A stretch of DNA of 43,606 nucleotides. Origin: Anaerolinea sp. (GTDB lineage: Bacteria > Chloroflexota > Anaerolineae > Anaerolineales > UBA4823). Shown one piece after another: positions 34,023 through 43,605 of the stretch; positions within the stretch are counted from its first letter, which is position 1, and every line of letters starts with the position of its first letter. The notes beneath the pieces were generated by a model, which saw only the letters and a program-made list of their open reading frames with translations, ran no database searches and was not told the origin of the DNA. Location of the stretch: assembly GCA_020722415.1 (NCBI GenBank), contig DYKV01000002.1:15718-59323 (forward strand), read 5' to 3'. A program made the position numbers and the translations under genes.

Positions 34023-34576
34023 ATAGATTAGCTCATAGCCGTGTCTATCTTGTAGGTCCAATGGATCGTGCACCAGATGCCGGTATCGGGTGGAGGCAAC
34101 GGATTCAACATGATCTAGCCGATCTTCATTTAGTTTGGCTGGACCCGACACAAAAACCCATTGATATTGGAATAGAAAATCCAGAAAGCCGTGCACGGCG
34201 GGTTGCCGCCAAGCTAGCCGGTGATTATGATACAGTCGCAAAAGAAATGAAAATCATACGGCACGTTGATTTGCGTATGACAGATGTTGCCGACTTCATT
34301 ATTGCACATATTGATACAAGCATTTATTCATTTGGCACAATTGAAGAATTGGTAACAGCCAATCGAATGAAAAAACCAATCATTGTTCATGTTGAGCAAG
34401 GCAAGAAAAACACGCCTGATTGGCTGTTCGCAATGATACCACATCAAATGATTTTCTCAACTTGGGACGAAGTATATGGATATTTGAGACATATTGCATC
34501 TACTGAAAATGTAGAATCTTCAGGTCGCTGGTTGTTCTTTGATTGGCAAGGTGAAGTAATTGGGAGGCCTTTTTAG
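34019..34576 (+). CDS. Nucleoside 2-deoxyribosyltransferase / dNMP N-glycosidase family
   Basis: VYLVGPM...WR, DPT, DL.....DFIIA, SFGTIEEL, KPII. Confidence 0.85.
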   Translation: MNRLAHSRVYLVGPMDRAPDAGIGWRQRIQHDLADLHLVWLDPTQKPIDIGIENPESRARRVAAKLAGDYDTVAKEMKIIRHVDLRMTDVADFIIAHIDTSIYSFGTIEELVTANRMKKPIIVHVEQGKKNTPDWLFAMIPHQMIFSTWDEVYGYLRHIASTENVESSGRWLFFDWQGEVIGRPF

Positions 34577-34992
34577 TGAAAATAACCTATGCACAAATTA
34601 CTTCAATGATTTGTGAACTTGCCACAAAAGTTCGACCATTTATGAATGGTTATACGAACATTGTTGGCATTGCAAATGGTGGTTTGCATGTCAGTCGGCC
34701 ATTAGCCGCTATGCTAGGGTGCTCGCATAGCAGCGTGCGAATTAGCCACTATGATGGTTCAGTAAGACGCGCGATTCCTATTGTTGAAGGACATTTGCCA
34801 CAATCAACAGGCAACTTGATTGTGGATGATCTGATTGATAATGGATGGACAATGCAAACTTTTGCCGATCATTTTGGTCTTGAAGGCAACATGACGGCTG
34901 TATTATTTTGGAAGCCAGGTAGTTTTAAGCCAGATTTTTATGTTGCCGAGAAGCCAGAAGGATGGGTTCACTTTTTGTGGGAGGTTGAATGA
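34576..34992 (+). CDS. Purine phosphoribosyltransferase (type I PRTase)
   Basis: IVGIANGGL, PRPP loop LIVDDLIDNGWT, PDFY...WVHFLWE as in xanthine-guanine PRTases. Confidence 0.85.
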   Translation: MKITYAQITSMICELATKVRPFMNGYTNIVGIANGGLHVSRPLAAMLGCSHSSVRISHYDGSVRRAIPIVEGHLPQSTGNLIVDDLIDNGWTMQTFADHFGLEGNMTAVLFWKPGSFKPDFYVAEKPEGWVHFLWEVE

Positions 34993-35993
34993 TGTTTATT
35001 GAAGAAGGTATTAAGCTGGATTTTTGTGACGTATTGATCCGGCCAAAGCGTTCCAATGCACCGAGCCGCAAGGCGATTGAGCTAGTACGAACTTTCAAGA
35101 TGCCACATACTGGTAATATGTTTGAGTGCTTGCCGTTGGTTGCTGCAAATCTCGATACAGTCGGCACTATGCCAATGGCAAAATCTTTGGCAAACTTCAA
35201 GGCCTGTACGGCTCTACATAAGTTTCATTCACTTGATGACTTGGAAAGATTCTTTTTGCAGAGCCATTCATCTTTTAGTTTTTATACGATGGGTATCCGA
35301 GATGAAGACCTGACAAAACTGACAACATTGACGGCTCGTATTGGCAACTTGCCATTGATCTGCATTGATGCCGCTAATGGCTACACCAAGTATTTTATCA
35401 ATCGAGTACGCACTATTCGAAAGTTATATCCCGATTCTATTATCATGGCAGGTAACATTGCGACACCTGAAATGGTACAAGAATTGATTCTGGAAGGTGC
35501 TGACATTGTGAAGGCAGGTGTAGGGGGAGGTTCGTTCTGTACCACTCGCTTGATGACAGGCGTTGGTTATCCGCAACTTTCAGCAATTATTGAATGTGCC
35601 GATGCCGCACACGGGTTAGGGGGTCTTATCTGTGCTGACGGGGGTTGTCGGACACCAGCTGACGTAGTCAAAGCATTTGGTGGTGGGGCTGATTTTGTAA
35701 TGCTCGGCGGGATGCTAGCTGGTACTGACGAATGCGAAGGCGAATGGACTGATGGCGGTCTTAAAGTCTACGGTATGAGCAGCCGCGAGGCACAAGAGCG
35801 ATATTATGGCGGTGTCAAACAATACTGTGCCCCAGAAGGTCGTATGTCGATTGTGCCCGCCAAAGGCCCAGTACATAACATTATTCTTGAAATCTGTGGA
35901 GGTCTGAGAAGCGCGTGTGCATATGTGGGTGCTGAGCGGTTGAAAGATTTGTCAAAGTGTACTACCTTTGTTAGGGTGAACCGTATTCAATAA
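34989..35993 (+). CDS. guaC: GMP reductase
   Basis: KLDFCDVLIRPKRS, AANLDTVGT, CIDAANGY, GSFCTTR..TGVGYPQLSAI, ADGG, YGMSS, GGLRSACAYVGA, TTFVRV. Confidence 0.92.
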   Translation: MMFIEEGIKLDFCDVLIRPKRSNAPSRKAIELVRTFKMPHTGNMFECLPLVAANLDTVGTMPMAKSLANFKACTALHKFHSLDDLERFFLQSHSSFSFYTMGIRDEDLTKLTTLTARIGNLPLICIDAANGYTKYFINRVRTIRKLYPDSIIMAGNIATPEMVQELILEGADIVKAGVGGGSFCTTRLMTGVGYPQLSAIIECADAAHGLGGLICADGGCRTPADVVKAFGGGADFVMLGGMLAGTDECEGEWTDGGLKVYGMSSREAQERYYGGVKQYCAPEGRMSIVPAKGPVHNIILEICGGLRSACAYVGAERLKDLSKCTTFVRVNRIQ

Positions 35994-36004
35994 AACATTG
36001 TAAC

Positions 36005-36033
36005 TTGACAACCGACGTTTTATATGATAAGAT
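36005..36033 (+). promoter_or_regulatory. Sigma70-type promoter
   Basis: TTGACA-17 nt-TAAGAT with extended -10 TG. Confidence 0.75.
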
Positions 36034-36072
36034 TTTGATAAGAGGGCCGCACTTTAATCGGAGATACATTTA

Positions 36073-36726
36073 ATGTTGCCTGCGTCAACTCGTACTGTTA
36101 CAATGTACGGTGAATCTGTTACTTGCTACTCGCATCCATGCAGTAGACTTGATGAATGGGTCATTGAGCAAACTCACGGGATGCACGATGGGTTTTTTGT
36201 TGAGGTAGGGGCTTTCGATGGTTTTCGATACAGTGATACCCTTACCCTTGAACGTCATTATGGATGGCATGGAATTTTAGTCGAGCCTGATCCTGATATG
36301 TTTCGGGAACTCCGCATGAATCGGCGAAAGTGTATTTTGTGCAATCAGGCTCTTGCCCCTTATGAAATAGAGAATGATAAGTTTTATCGTAGGGGCCCGT
36401 TGGCAGGACTTGCAGCCTACATGAAGGAGCCTCACTACCGTACAAATGATCTAATAACGGTATCTACAATCCGATTAGACACTTTGCTTAAAGCTGCACC
36501 TGATTCTGTAGACTATCTCTGTTTAAATGTTAAAGGCGCTGAATATGATATTCTTTCGGATTATTTCACTTGCCACATGAATCGACATATTCGCTTGTTG
36601 ACTGTTGAATTCAACAATGATTACAACAAACTACGTAAATTGCAACAGCTTTTAGAGCCACATGGTTTCGAGTTGCATTTTATTCGTGGTTGGGATGCTT
36701 GCTTTCGTAACTTGCTTATGTTATAA
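36073..36726 (+). CDS. FkbM-family methyltransferase
   Basis: GFFVEVGAFDG...SDT..LE...GWHGILVEP; VDYLCLNVKGAEYDIL (usual DxEG appears as NVKG). Confidence 0.85.
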   Translation: MLPASTRTVTMYGESVTCYSHPCSRLDEWVIEQTHGMHDGFFVEVGAFDGFRYSDTLTLERHYGWHGILVEPDPDMFRELRMNRRKCILCNQALAPYEIENDKFYRRGPLAGLAAYMKEPHYRTNDLITVSTIRLDTLLKAAPDSVDYLCLNVKGAEYDILSDYFTCHMNRHIRLLTVEFNNDYNKLRKLQQLLEPHGFELHFIRGWDACFRNLLML

Positions 36727-36741
36727 TTGGGACGGTGAACA

Positions 36742-37134
36742 ATGCCATTAAATGTCAAAATGTTAGCTGAATTTGTCGCTGATTTGCAAGGAATTGTCCC
36801 TGAACCTTCTCGCACTTTGATTTGCCGCCGACTTAGTGCATTAATCGCTACAACTTTGAAAAAAGATGACCCGGATAAGTACCGGCGTTGGCTAGAACAC
36901 GATAGGCTTGTATTTGCCCGCGAATGTGAATTAACATGCGAAGACCGTTGGGTACCAGATGATTTGCATGTTGAAGCTACTGAATTGGCACGCTTCTGTG
37001 ATAAGTGGATGAGTGTTGAAGCCTTTCGCCTGAAAAATGATCCGAACGCCGACTGGCAACCAATCTCACCTGAACAAAATGCTCTACGGGTGACAATGAT
37101 TAACGAATTGAAAGCTCTTGCAAAACGACAGTAA
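36742..37134 (+). CDS. Hypothetical protein
   Basis: 130 aa, GGTG RBS. Confidence 0.6.
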   Translation: MPLNVKMLAEFVADLQGIVPEPSRTLICRRLSALIATTLKKDDPDKYRRWLEHDRLVFARECELTCEDRWVPDDLHVEATELARFCDKWMSVEAFRLKNDPNADWQPISPEQNALRVTMINELKALAKRQ

Positions 37135-37177
37135 ATGGCACGAAATTTGCTCTTATAACCTTGGATATGGTATTAAA

Positions 37178-37315
37178 ATGGGACGTACCTATAGAACCAA
37201 TGAAACATTTGCGGATAGAAAATACCAGCGAGAACTACAAAAAGCTCAAAAGAGGCAGGAGAAAATGTTGCGTAAGCGGCTAAAACGCCAACAAAATGCA
37301 CCCATAGTAAAATAA
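37178..37315 (+). CDS. Small basic protein
   Basis: MGRTYRTNE...; K/R-rich 45 aa. Confidence 0.45.
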   Translation: MGRTYRTNETFADRKYQRELQKAQKRQEKMLRKRLKRQQNAPIVK

Positions 37316-37334
37316 CAAATAGGAGTTCCATTTG

Positions 37335-37682
37335 ATGAGCTCAAATGAACCGTGGATTGGAGTAGACTTTGATGGCACACTTGCCTTATATGACACCTGG
37401 AAAGGTGCAGAACATGCAGGGATGCCAATTAAATTGATGGTGAGCCGGGTAAAAAATTGGCTTGCACTTGGCAAGAAAGTCAAAATTTTCACAGCGCGAG
37501 CTGATGAAAATCTTCCTGATTATGCAACCAATATCAAAACTATACAGGAATGGTGCTTTCAAGTATTTGGTCAAGTGTTGGAAATTACCAACAAAAAAGA
37601 TATGGCGATGACTCAATTATGGGATAGTCATGCAATTCAACTTATTGAAAATACAGGTGCTCGTGTAGACGGGAAAGTGTAA
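37335..37682 (+). CDS. HAD-superfamily phosphatase (PNKP phosphatase-like)
   Basis: WIGVDFDGTLA, KIFTAR, ITNKKD; motif IV reads WDSHA instead of the usual WDD. Confidence 0.75.
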   Translation: MSSNEPWIGVDFDGTLALYDTWKGAEHAGMPIKLMVSRVKNWLALGKKVKIFTARADENLPDYATNIKTIQEWCFQVFGQVLEITNKKDMAMTQLWDSHAIQLIENTGARVDGKV

Positions 37683-38393
37683 ATGCTAATTACTGTCATA
37701 GAGCCGGGTTTTGAGTTACTAACCCCACTCGGCCCTGAAACATTAATGTTATTAGAATTAGCTGGACGGACTTGCTACAAAAGTGAAGATCGTATCACTG
37801 AGGGGTCGGCTGAACGATTTGTTAGAGCAATAAGAAAAAGTGGCCATGAAAGCGTTCTTGAACACACTGTGGCAACTGTGCGAATTATTGGTTCTCGCTC
37901 TATGTCCCATCAGCTTGTTCGGCATCGAATTGCAGCCTACAGTCAAGAAAGCCAGCGATACTGCAACTATGGTAAAAAAGGGTTTCAAGTAATCTGTCCA
38001 CCTACGATCGGGTTGCATCCCGGGGCTTACTATTTTAGAAAAAAATATCCCACAGTTTTCTACACTGATCCCGAATTTGTTAATTTATGGCTCGACCACA
38101 CAGAGTTTAATTTTCGATGGCTTTGTGGGAGAACTGCGGAATGTATCGAGTACCTTGATTATATTAACAATGGTATCCCGCCAGAGGATGCCCGTGAATG
38201 TTTACCAAATGCAATGAAAACCGAAGTCGTTGCAACATATAATCTGCGTCAGTGGCGGCATGTATTCTGTGAAAGAGCATTGAATAAGCACGCTCAATGG
38301 CAAATTCGAGGCATCATGTTGTCGATTCTTAATGAGTTTGCACGCCGCTTGCCTGCGGTGTTTGAGGATTTACTTGAGAAGGAAAATAGATGA
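37683..38393 (+). CDS. thyX: Flavin-dependent thymidylate synthase
   Basis: GHESVLEH, SHQLVRHR..YSQESQRY, EDARECLP, NLRQWRH...R....AQWQIR. Confidence 0.95.
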   Translation: MLITVIEPGFELLTPLGPETLMLLELAGRTCYKSEDRITEGSAERFVRAIRKSGHESVLEHTVATVRIIGSRSMSHQLVRHRIAAYSQESQRYCNYGKKGFQVICPPTIGLHPGAYYFRKKYPTVFYTDPEFVNLWLDHTEFNFRWLCGRTAECIEYLDYINNGIPPEDARECLPNAMKTEVVATYNLRQWRHVFCERALNKHAQWQIRGIMLSILNEFARRLPAVFEDLLEKENR

Positions 38394-40978
38394 ATTATAC
38401 ACGACAATTTGCTACAACTGATCCCTTTGCAATTGACTGGAAAGAATGTACTGCCGAGATACGACACGGGGATACTATTGTCTTTCGGCAAGAAAAGGTA
38501 CGAGTCCCTAGTACATGGAGTCAGCTTGCTACAAACATTGTTGCTAGTAAGTATTTTTATGGAGCTTTGGGCACACCTGAGCGTGAAACAGGTGTAGATC
38601 AGCTAGTTGCCAGAATTGTAGATACAATTTCAGATTGGGGGTTGCAGGACGGTTATTTTACAAACAAGTCGGATCGTGATGAATTTCATGATGACTTAGC
38701 ATTTTTGCTTTTGAATCAATATGCTGCATTTAATTCTCCGGTGTGGTTTAACGTCGGTCTATATGCAAAGTATGGTGTGACTACCAACCCATGTAACTGG
38801 TATTGGGATAAGCAAACCAATCGCGTCAAACAACCAACAAACCCATATGAATATCCACAAGTATCCGCTTGTTTCATTCAGCATGTTGATGACTCAATGC
38901 ATAGCATCATGGACCTTGCGAGGTCTGAAGCTATGCTCTTTAAGTTTGGGTCAGGTTCAGGATCAAACCTTTCAACTTTGCGGGCATCATGCGAAGGGTT
39001 AAGCGGAGGTGGCAAGCCGTCTGGTCCAATTAGCTTCATGCGCATCTATGATCAAGTTGCTGAAGTTGTGACTAGTGGCGGTCGGACACGTCGCGCCGCT
39101 CTCTTAAAGTGTCTTGATATTGGGCACCCGGATATTGCTCAATTTATTACATGCAAAGCTGAAGAAGAATCTCATGCACACATGCTAATCAGTCATGGCG
39201 TGTCACCTGACCGGGCCGCGAAGTCTGTCATGTATCAGAACATGAATATTAGTGTACGTGTAACAGATGCCTTCATGCAAGCGGTCGAAGCTGATGAGAT
39301 GTGGACAACACACTGGGTTACGGACCCAAATCGAGAAGGCCCTACATTCAAGGCACGCGAATTATGGCACAAGATTGCAGAGTGTGCTTGGGCATGTGGT
39401 GATCCAGGGTTACAGTATGATACGACCATTAACAATTGGAATACTATTCCAAAGACAGGGCGTATCCGTGCAAGTAATCCTTGCAGCGAGTTTATGAGCA
39501 TTGATGATTCTGCGTGTAATTTGGCATCCATCAATTTAATGCGCTTCTATCATCCGGTTAATGGCTTTGATTATGAAAAATTTCGGCGTGCGGTTAAAAT
39601 ACTGATTATTGCACAAGATATTCTTGTTGATCGAGCAAGTTACCCAACAAAAGAAATTACTCGCACAGCACACCGATGCCGTCAGCTTGGTTTGGGTTAT
39701 ACAAACTTTGGTGCTTTGTGTATGGCACATGGCTTCCCGTATGATTCTGATGAAGCACGTCATTTATGTAGCTGTGTGACAGCAGTAATGACTGCTCAAG
39801 CCTACATCACTAGTGCCGATTTGGCGTCTGAATTAGGCCCATTTGATGAATGGGATACTAATGCAGAAAGTATGTTGCAGGTACTTAATCAACATGCTAA
39901 TGCCGCCAAAAAGCTCAGCAATCAATATGCACAAGAGCTATGGGAAATGGCTTTAGCTGCTGGACGACAAAGTGGCTATCGTAACTCGCAGGTTAGTTTA
40001 GCACAACCCGCGGGCACTGTCAGTTTTATGATGGATTGTGATACCACAGGCATAGAACCAGATATTGCATTAGTCAAAACAAAGCAACTCGTTGGCGGTG
40101 GTGTTCTTCAACTAGTGAATACAGCCGTTGATGTAGCGCTAGATCGGCTCGGGCTTAGTGCTGAAGCTCATAAAACAGCAATGCAGTATCTGCACACTAA
40201 GGGAACTTTGTTTGGTTGCGAGGTTCTTACCGAAAATGAACAGCGTATCTTTGCCACTTCATTAGGTCAAAATGCAATTCCGTGGGAGGCCCATATCAAG
40301 ATGATGGCGGCAGCACAGCCGTTCTTATCAGGGGCTATTTCTAAAACTATCAATATGCCAAGCAACGCGACTGTCGAGGATGTTGCTACAGCCTACATGC
40401 TTGGATGGAAATTAGGGTTGAAATCACTAGCACTGTATCGAGATAAGAGCAAGGGGTCACAACCTATTAATGTCAACACAGAAGAAAAAACATCTCCTTC
40501 TGTGCTTCAACATAATAAGGGCACACGTGTATGTTTACCTGATACCAGACAATCAATCACACATCGGTTTGAGATTAATGGGCATACTGGCTATTTTACT
40601 GTCGGCTTGTATCCTGATGGAAAACCCGGCGAATTATTTATCTCAATGTCGAAAGAAGGTAGCACACTGGGAGGGTTGCTTGATTGCTTTGGTATTGCAG
40701 TGTCCATCGGACTACAATATGGTGTCCCCTTGTCAACGTTTATTGACAAATTTGCATATACACGATTTGAGCCAAATGGCTGGACAAAGAATTCTAACAT
40801 TCGTATAGCAAAATCTATTGTAGATTATATCTTTCGTTGGCTGCAAGTCACATTTCCTGATAATGAGTCAACTGTTTCCGCAGACGCCGCTATTTGCGAT
40901 CAATGTGGGTCTTTAATGATTCGAGTTGGAACATGTTATTTATGTTCTGTCTGCGGTTCTAGTGGAGGTTGCAGCTAA
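38390..40978 (+). CDS. nrdJ: Class II (B12-dependent) ribonucleotide reductase with C-terminal TSCPD/Zn domain
   Basis: FNSPVWFN, PQVSACFI, SGGRTRRAA, NPCSEF, ACNLAS, QPAGTVS..MDCDTTGIEP, SGAISKTIN, YRD. Confidence 0.95.
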   Translation: MNYTRQFATTDPFAIDWKECTAEIRHGDTIVFRQEKVRVPSTWSQLATNIVASKYFYGALGTPERETGVDQLVARIVDTISDWGLQDGYFTNKSDRDEFHDDLAFLLLNQYAAFNSPVWFNVGLYAKYGVTTNPCNWYWDKQTNRVKQPTNPYEYPQVSACFIQHVDDSMHSIMDLARSEAMLFKFGSGSGSNLSTLRASCEGLSGGGKPSGPISFMRIYDQVAEVVTSGGRTRRAALLKCLDIGHPDIAQFITCKAEEESHAHMLISHGVSPDRAAKSVMYQNMNISVRVTDAFMQAVEADEMWTTHWVTDPNREGPTFKARELWHKIAECAWACGDPGLQYDTTINNWNTIPKTGRIRASNPCSEFMSIDDSACNLASINLMRFYHPVNGFDYEKFRRAVKILIIAQDILVDRASYPTKEITRTAHRCRQLGLGYTNFGALCMAHGFPYDSDEARHLCSCVTAVMTAQAYITSADLASELGPFDEWDTNAESMLQVLNQHANAAKKLSNQYAQELWEMALAAGRQSGYRNSQVSLAQPAGTVSFMMDCDTTGIEPDIALVKTKQLVGGGVLQLVNTAVDVALDRLGLSAEAHKTAMQYLHTKGTLFGCEVLTENEQRIFATSLGQNAIPWEAHIKMMAAAQPFLSGAISKTINMPSNATVEDVATAYMLGWKLGLKSLALYRDKSKGSQPINVNTEEKTSPSVLQHNKGTRVCLPDTRQSITHRFEINGHTGYFTVGLYPDGKPGELFISMSKEGSTLGGLLDCFGIAVSIGLQYGVPLSTFIDKFAYTRFEPNGWTKNSNIRIAKSIVDYIFRWLQVTFPDNESTVSADAAICDQCGSLMIRVGTCYLCSVCGSSGGCS

Positions 40979-41418
40979 TGAAAGCGGTTCCAGACTATGA
41001 TATTATCGGGGTCGTTGGGAATTTAACACCAACTCAGAGTGGCCTGATTGAAGCCGGGAAAGTGTTTCCAGGTGCCCATGTCTGTGAGTCTGAGATTCAT
41101 TCCATCTTGATGGAAATGGCAACCCGTCATGCTTTGTATCAGGCAACTAAAAATACCCAAGGACACCAATTTTTTCAACAACGTGTTGAAGAATTGTATC
41201 ACACAATGGGGCAGTATGCCTATGCAGAAATTTGCGCAGAGTCGTGGAAATGGCAAGAGCATGATACCATGTTAGCCCTTGGAGAAGAAATGTTCAAATG
41301 CTGGAAACAATCACCAGGGCATTGGTCTGTCGCTTGCAAGAAACATAAGTTCTTTGGTGCTGATATGGCTAAAGGAAGTAAAGGTATATGGTACAGTTGC
41401 ATCATCGTTGCCGATTGA
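40978..41418 (+). CDS. CAP/SCP-like domain protein
   Basis: L...A..HA..QA, GH..F..R, EICAE, WKQSPGH, G......G.WY. Confidence 0.7.
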   Translation: MKAVPDYDIIGVVGNLTPTQSGLIEAGKVFPGAHVCESEIHSILMEMATRHALYQATKNTQGHQFFQQRVEELYHTMGQYAYAEICAESWKWQEHDTMLALGEEMFKCWKQSPGHWSVACKKHKFFGADMAKGSKGIWYSCIIVAD

Positions 41419-41436
41419 GACCCAATGAAATTTTAT

Positions 41437-41465
41437 TTGACAACTGACCCAAAACATGCTAGAAT
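41437..41465 (+). promoter_or_regulatory. Sigma70-type promoter
   Basis: TTGACA-17 nt-TAGAAT with extended -10 TG. Confidence 0.8.
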
Positions 41466-41494
41466 TGATATAGAAAATGATGGAGAGATAACCT

Positions 41495-41746
41495 ATGAAA
41501 CCTAATTGGCCAACACCAAGATTGCTACTGGAAGTTCGTGAAAATGGTGTATGGGTACCTGTGAAGATTTACGTACAGTATAAATCCGTGCATACTCTGC
41601 TTAGTCAGCTACCAGCCATTTCACAAACCTTTGGTGGTATTGAAAATGTTAGAGTAAAAAATCTTCGAGAAGATGCCGAGATTGCTGCTGCAAAGCTAGA
41701 AATTTATAAGCGAGAGGATAAAAAACGACGACGACGTAAGCACTAA
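41495..41746 (+). CDS. Hypothetical protein
   Basis: GGAG RBS downstream of promoter; basic tail. Confidence 0.6.
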   Translation: MKPNWPTPRLLLEVRENGVWVPVKIYVQYKSVHTLLSQLPAISQTFGGIENVRVKNLREDAEIAAAKLEIYKREDKKRRRRKH

Positions 41747-41763
41747 CATAGGAGACTACGAAA

Positions 41764-41985
41764 ATGAGCAGCCCGCTTGTTGGCCGATATACAATGGCTA
41801 AAGATTTGCGTGAATTACTAGACAGAGTGCCTGACTCTACCCCTGTCATTATAAAGGATCACCGTATCTTAAGGGAGCCTTCAATTCGCATTGGGGAGGC
41901 AACACACATGCAGGGGGTGTATTGGGACGAAGAAACCAAGGATGAAGACCCAAAGTGCATTTACAAAGTGGTATTTCTTGAATGA
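41764..41985 (+). CDS. Hypothetical protein
   Basis: AGGAG RBS; T.KDLRELL...PD..PV pattern common in small phage proteins. Confidence 0.6.
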   Translation: MSSPLVGRYTMAKDLRELLDRVPDSTPVIIKDHRILREPSIRIGEATHMQGVYWDEETKDEDPKCIYKVVFLE

Positions 41986-42275
41986 GCCTATCAGCTGAAA
42001 CAATTCTTGATAAGCTGACTAATAGATTAAAAGAAGTAGGCTATCATAGATTCCAAATTATAGTCCATCCGCTGTGGGGTGCTGAACTAGTTGTCTTTGA
42101 AGACATTCGGGTGGGCAGAGACCCTGCTGCATGGGTAATCATAGAAAAATTAGGTATCCTTGATGGATGTGGTTCAGCAAAGTGGGAGGATAATAAATAT
42201 ATATGCTACCATCAACTTGACATGCGGGCATTTTTGTGGTATACTTTAAATGTTGACTTTGGAGAACAAAAATGA
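41982..42275 (+). CDS. Hypothetical protein
   Basis: ATGA-coupled to both neighbours. Confidence 0.55.
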   Translation: MSLSAETILDKLTNRLKEVGYHRFQIIVHPLWGAELVVFEDIRVGRDPAAWVIIEKLGILDGCGSAKWEDNKYICYHQLDMRAFLWYTLNVDFGEQK

Positions 42276-42631
42276 TCGACATTGGAATGGTCTCATACGC
42301 CTTAACTGAAGGTAAAAATAATATCGAGATCGCAAAGAGATGGTTGCGTAGCACCATTCGGACCCTTGAGGAAGCAGGAGCAACTGAGGCGGCAGGCGAG
42401 TTTAACATTATCTTACAGGACCTCAATAATCTCGCCCCCTTTGATGGGCCGCTTACTTCCTTGAAAAATGTTTATGCAAAACATAAGGAATCGCTTGAAA
42501 CAGCTAGCCGCACGATTCGCGCCCGTAAGATTGTTGCAAGTCTTACAAACTTGCCAATTGATGAAACCAACCGAACAATTACAGAAGAAAATATTGTCAG
42601 GGTTCTTTCTGAGCTTGACAAGCAACATTAA
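42272..42631 (+). CDS. Hypothetical helical protein
   Basis: GGAG RBS, coupled to both neighbours. Confidence 0.6.
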   Translation: MIDIGMVSYALTEGKNNIEIAKRWLRSTIRTLEEAGATEAAGEFNIILQDLNNLAPFDGPLTSLKNVYAKHKESLETASRTIRARKIVASLTNLPIDETNRTITEENIVRVLSELDKQH

Positions 42632-42984
42632 TGGCACACATAGACAAATATTTCCGATTAGCACGGCAAATTGCCTTGCATGGTGATACGAAGGAAGCAA
42701 CCCGACAGTATCGTCTAGGAGCAGTCGGGGTGCGCACGGACGGGGCTATTGTCACCGCAAGCAATGTGCCACAGCGAACACCTGAACCTAATGCCCATGC
42801 CGAAGCACGACTAGCAAAGAAACTTGACTGGGGGTCTGTTGTTTATGTTGTTCGAATATATAGCAATGGTAAACTTGCAATTGCTCGCCCTTGTAAAAAA
42901 TGTCAAATTGCTCTACGTTTGCGTGGGGTAACGCGTGTTTATTACTCTATTAGTGAAACCGAATATGGAGTTCTGTGCCTATGA
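42631..42984 (+). CDS. Cytidine/dCMP deaminase-fold protein
   Basis: RLGAV, HAEARL, RPCKKC, G..RVYYS. Confidence 0.85.
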   Translation: MAHIDKYFRLARQIALHGDTKEATRQYRLGAVGVRTDGAIVTASNVPQRTPEPNAHAEARLAKKLDWGSVVYVVRIYSNGKLAIARPCKKCQIALRLRGVTRVYYSISETEYGVLCL

Positions 42985-43247
42985 AACTGTTACGCTGGAT
43001 TACCAAGCCTAGTGACGTATATGTTCTTGTCTGTGATAAAGATGAAGAATTTCGTGCCTATTATTACCTCTTTACACGCATGAATGACGCCGGATATTAT
43101 GACAACTCTCTTGAAGGTGAACAAAGTAAGTGGTACGCAGCTGCCATGCAAGGCGACCGTGGCGCAGCACGAAAATTGTTGCGTTATCGTAGTAACCACG
43201 GTTATGAGAATGAAACTGTTTACCTTGAAAATGTAGTCATTCCATAA
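42981..43247 (+). CDS. Hypothetical protein
   Basis: ATGA overlap with the deaminase stop. Confidence 0.55.
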   Translation: MKLLRWITKPSDVYVLVCDKDEEFRAYYYLFTRMNDAGYYDNSLEGEQSKWYAAAMQGDRGAARKLLRYRSNHGYENETVYLENVVIP

Positions 43248-43269
43248 ACAAAGTACTGTGGATTGTCAA

Positions 43270-43605
43270 ATGAGAGGACGAATAGTTGATTGCTACGATC
43301 AGGAAGTGCGGATTGGCGACCGCATATTTGTTTGCGACATTCGCTATTACTACCTTCCTGGCGACCCAGGGGTACGATATTACCCCGATGGAACTGGCTG
43401 CCCACCCACGGGACCAGAGATTTACATTCACAAGGTTACAGTGAATGCAATCTATTTACTCGACACCACGTATGTCGATCGTGAATGGTTGGAAACCAGT
43501 GGGTGGGCAGCTTGGGCAGATAATACTGCTTGGGATAAAATTGATAATAATGACGACATATACTATATCCTTTGTGAAAATGCAGAAGCTGATTATGATT
43601 CATAG
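43270..43605 (+). CDS. Hypothetical phage protein
   Basis: DCYDQEVRIGDRI (D..G.E...GD-like motif). Confidence 0.5.
   Translation: MRGRIVDCYDQEVRIGDRIFVCDIRYYYLPGDPGVRYYPDGTGCPPTGPEIYIHKVTVNAIYLLDTTYVDREWLETSGWAAWADNTAWDKIDNNDDIYYILCENAEADYDS

Noticed and set aside
38390-40978. Intein or intron in NrdJ (or PolA)
   Set aside because: Catalytic motifs are contiguous, lengths are ordinary, and no intein splice motifs were seen
456-43484. Numerous 60-150 aa ORFs antisense to or nested within the called genes (e.g. 12308..12745, 32321..32776, 21790..22143)
   Set aside because: Shadow frames of well-supported genes with no recognisable motifs
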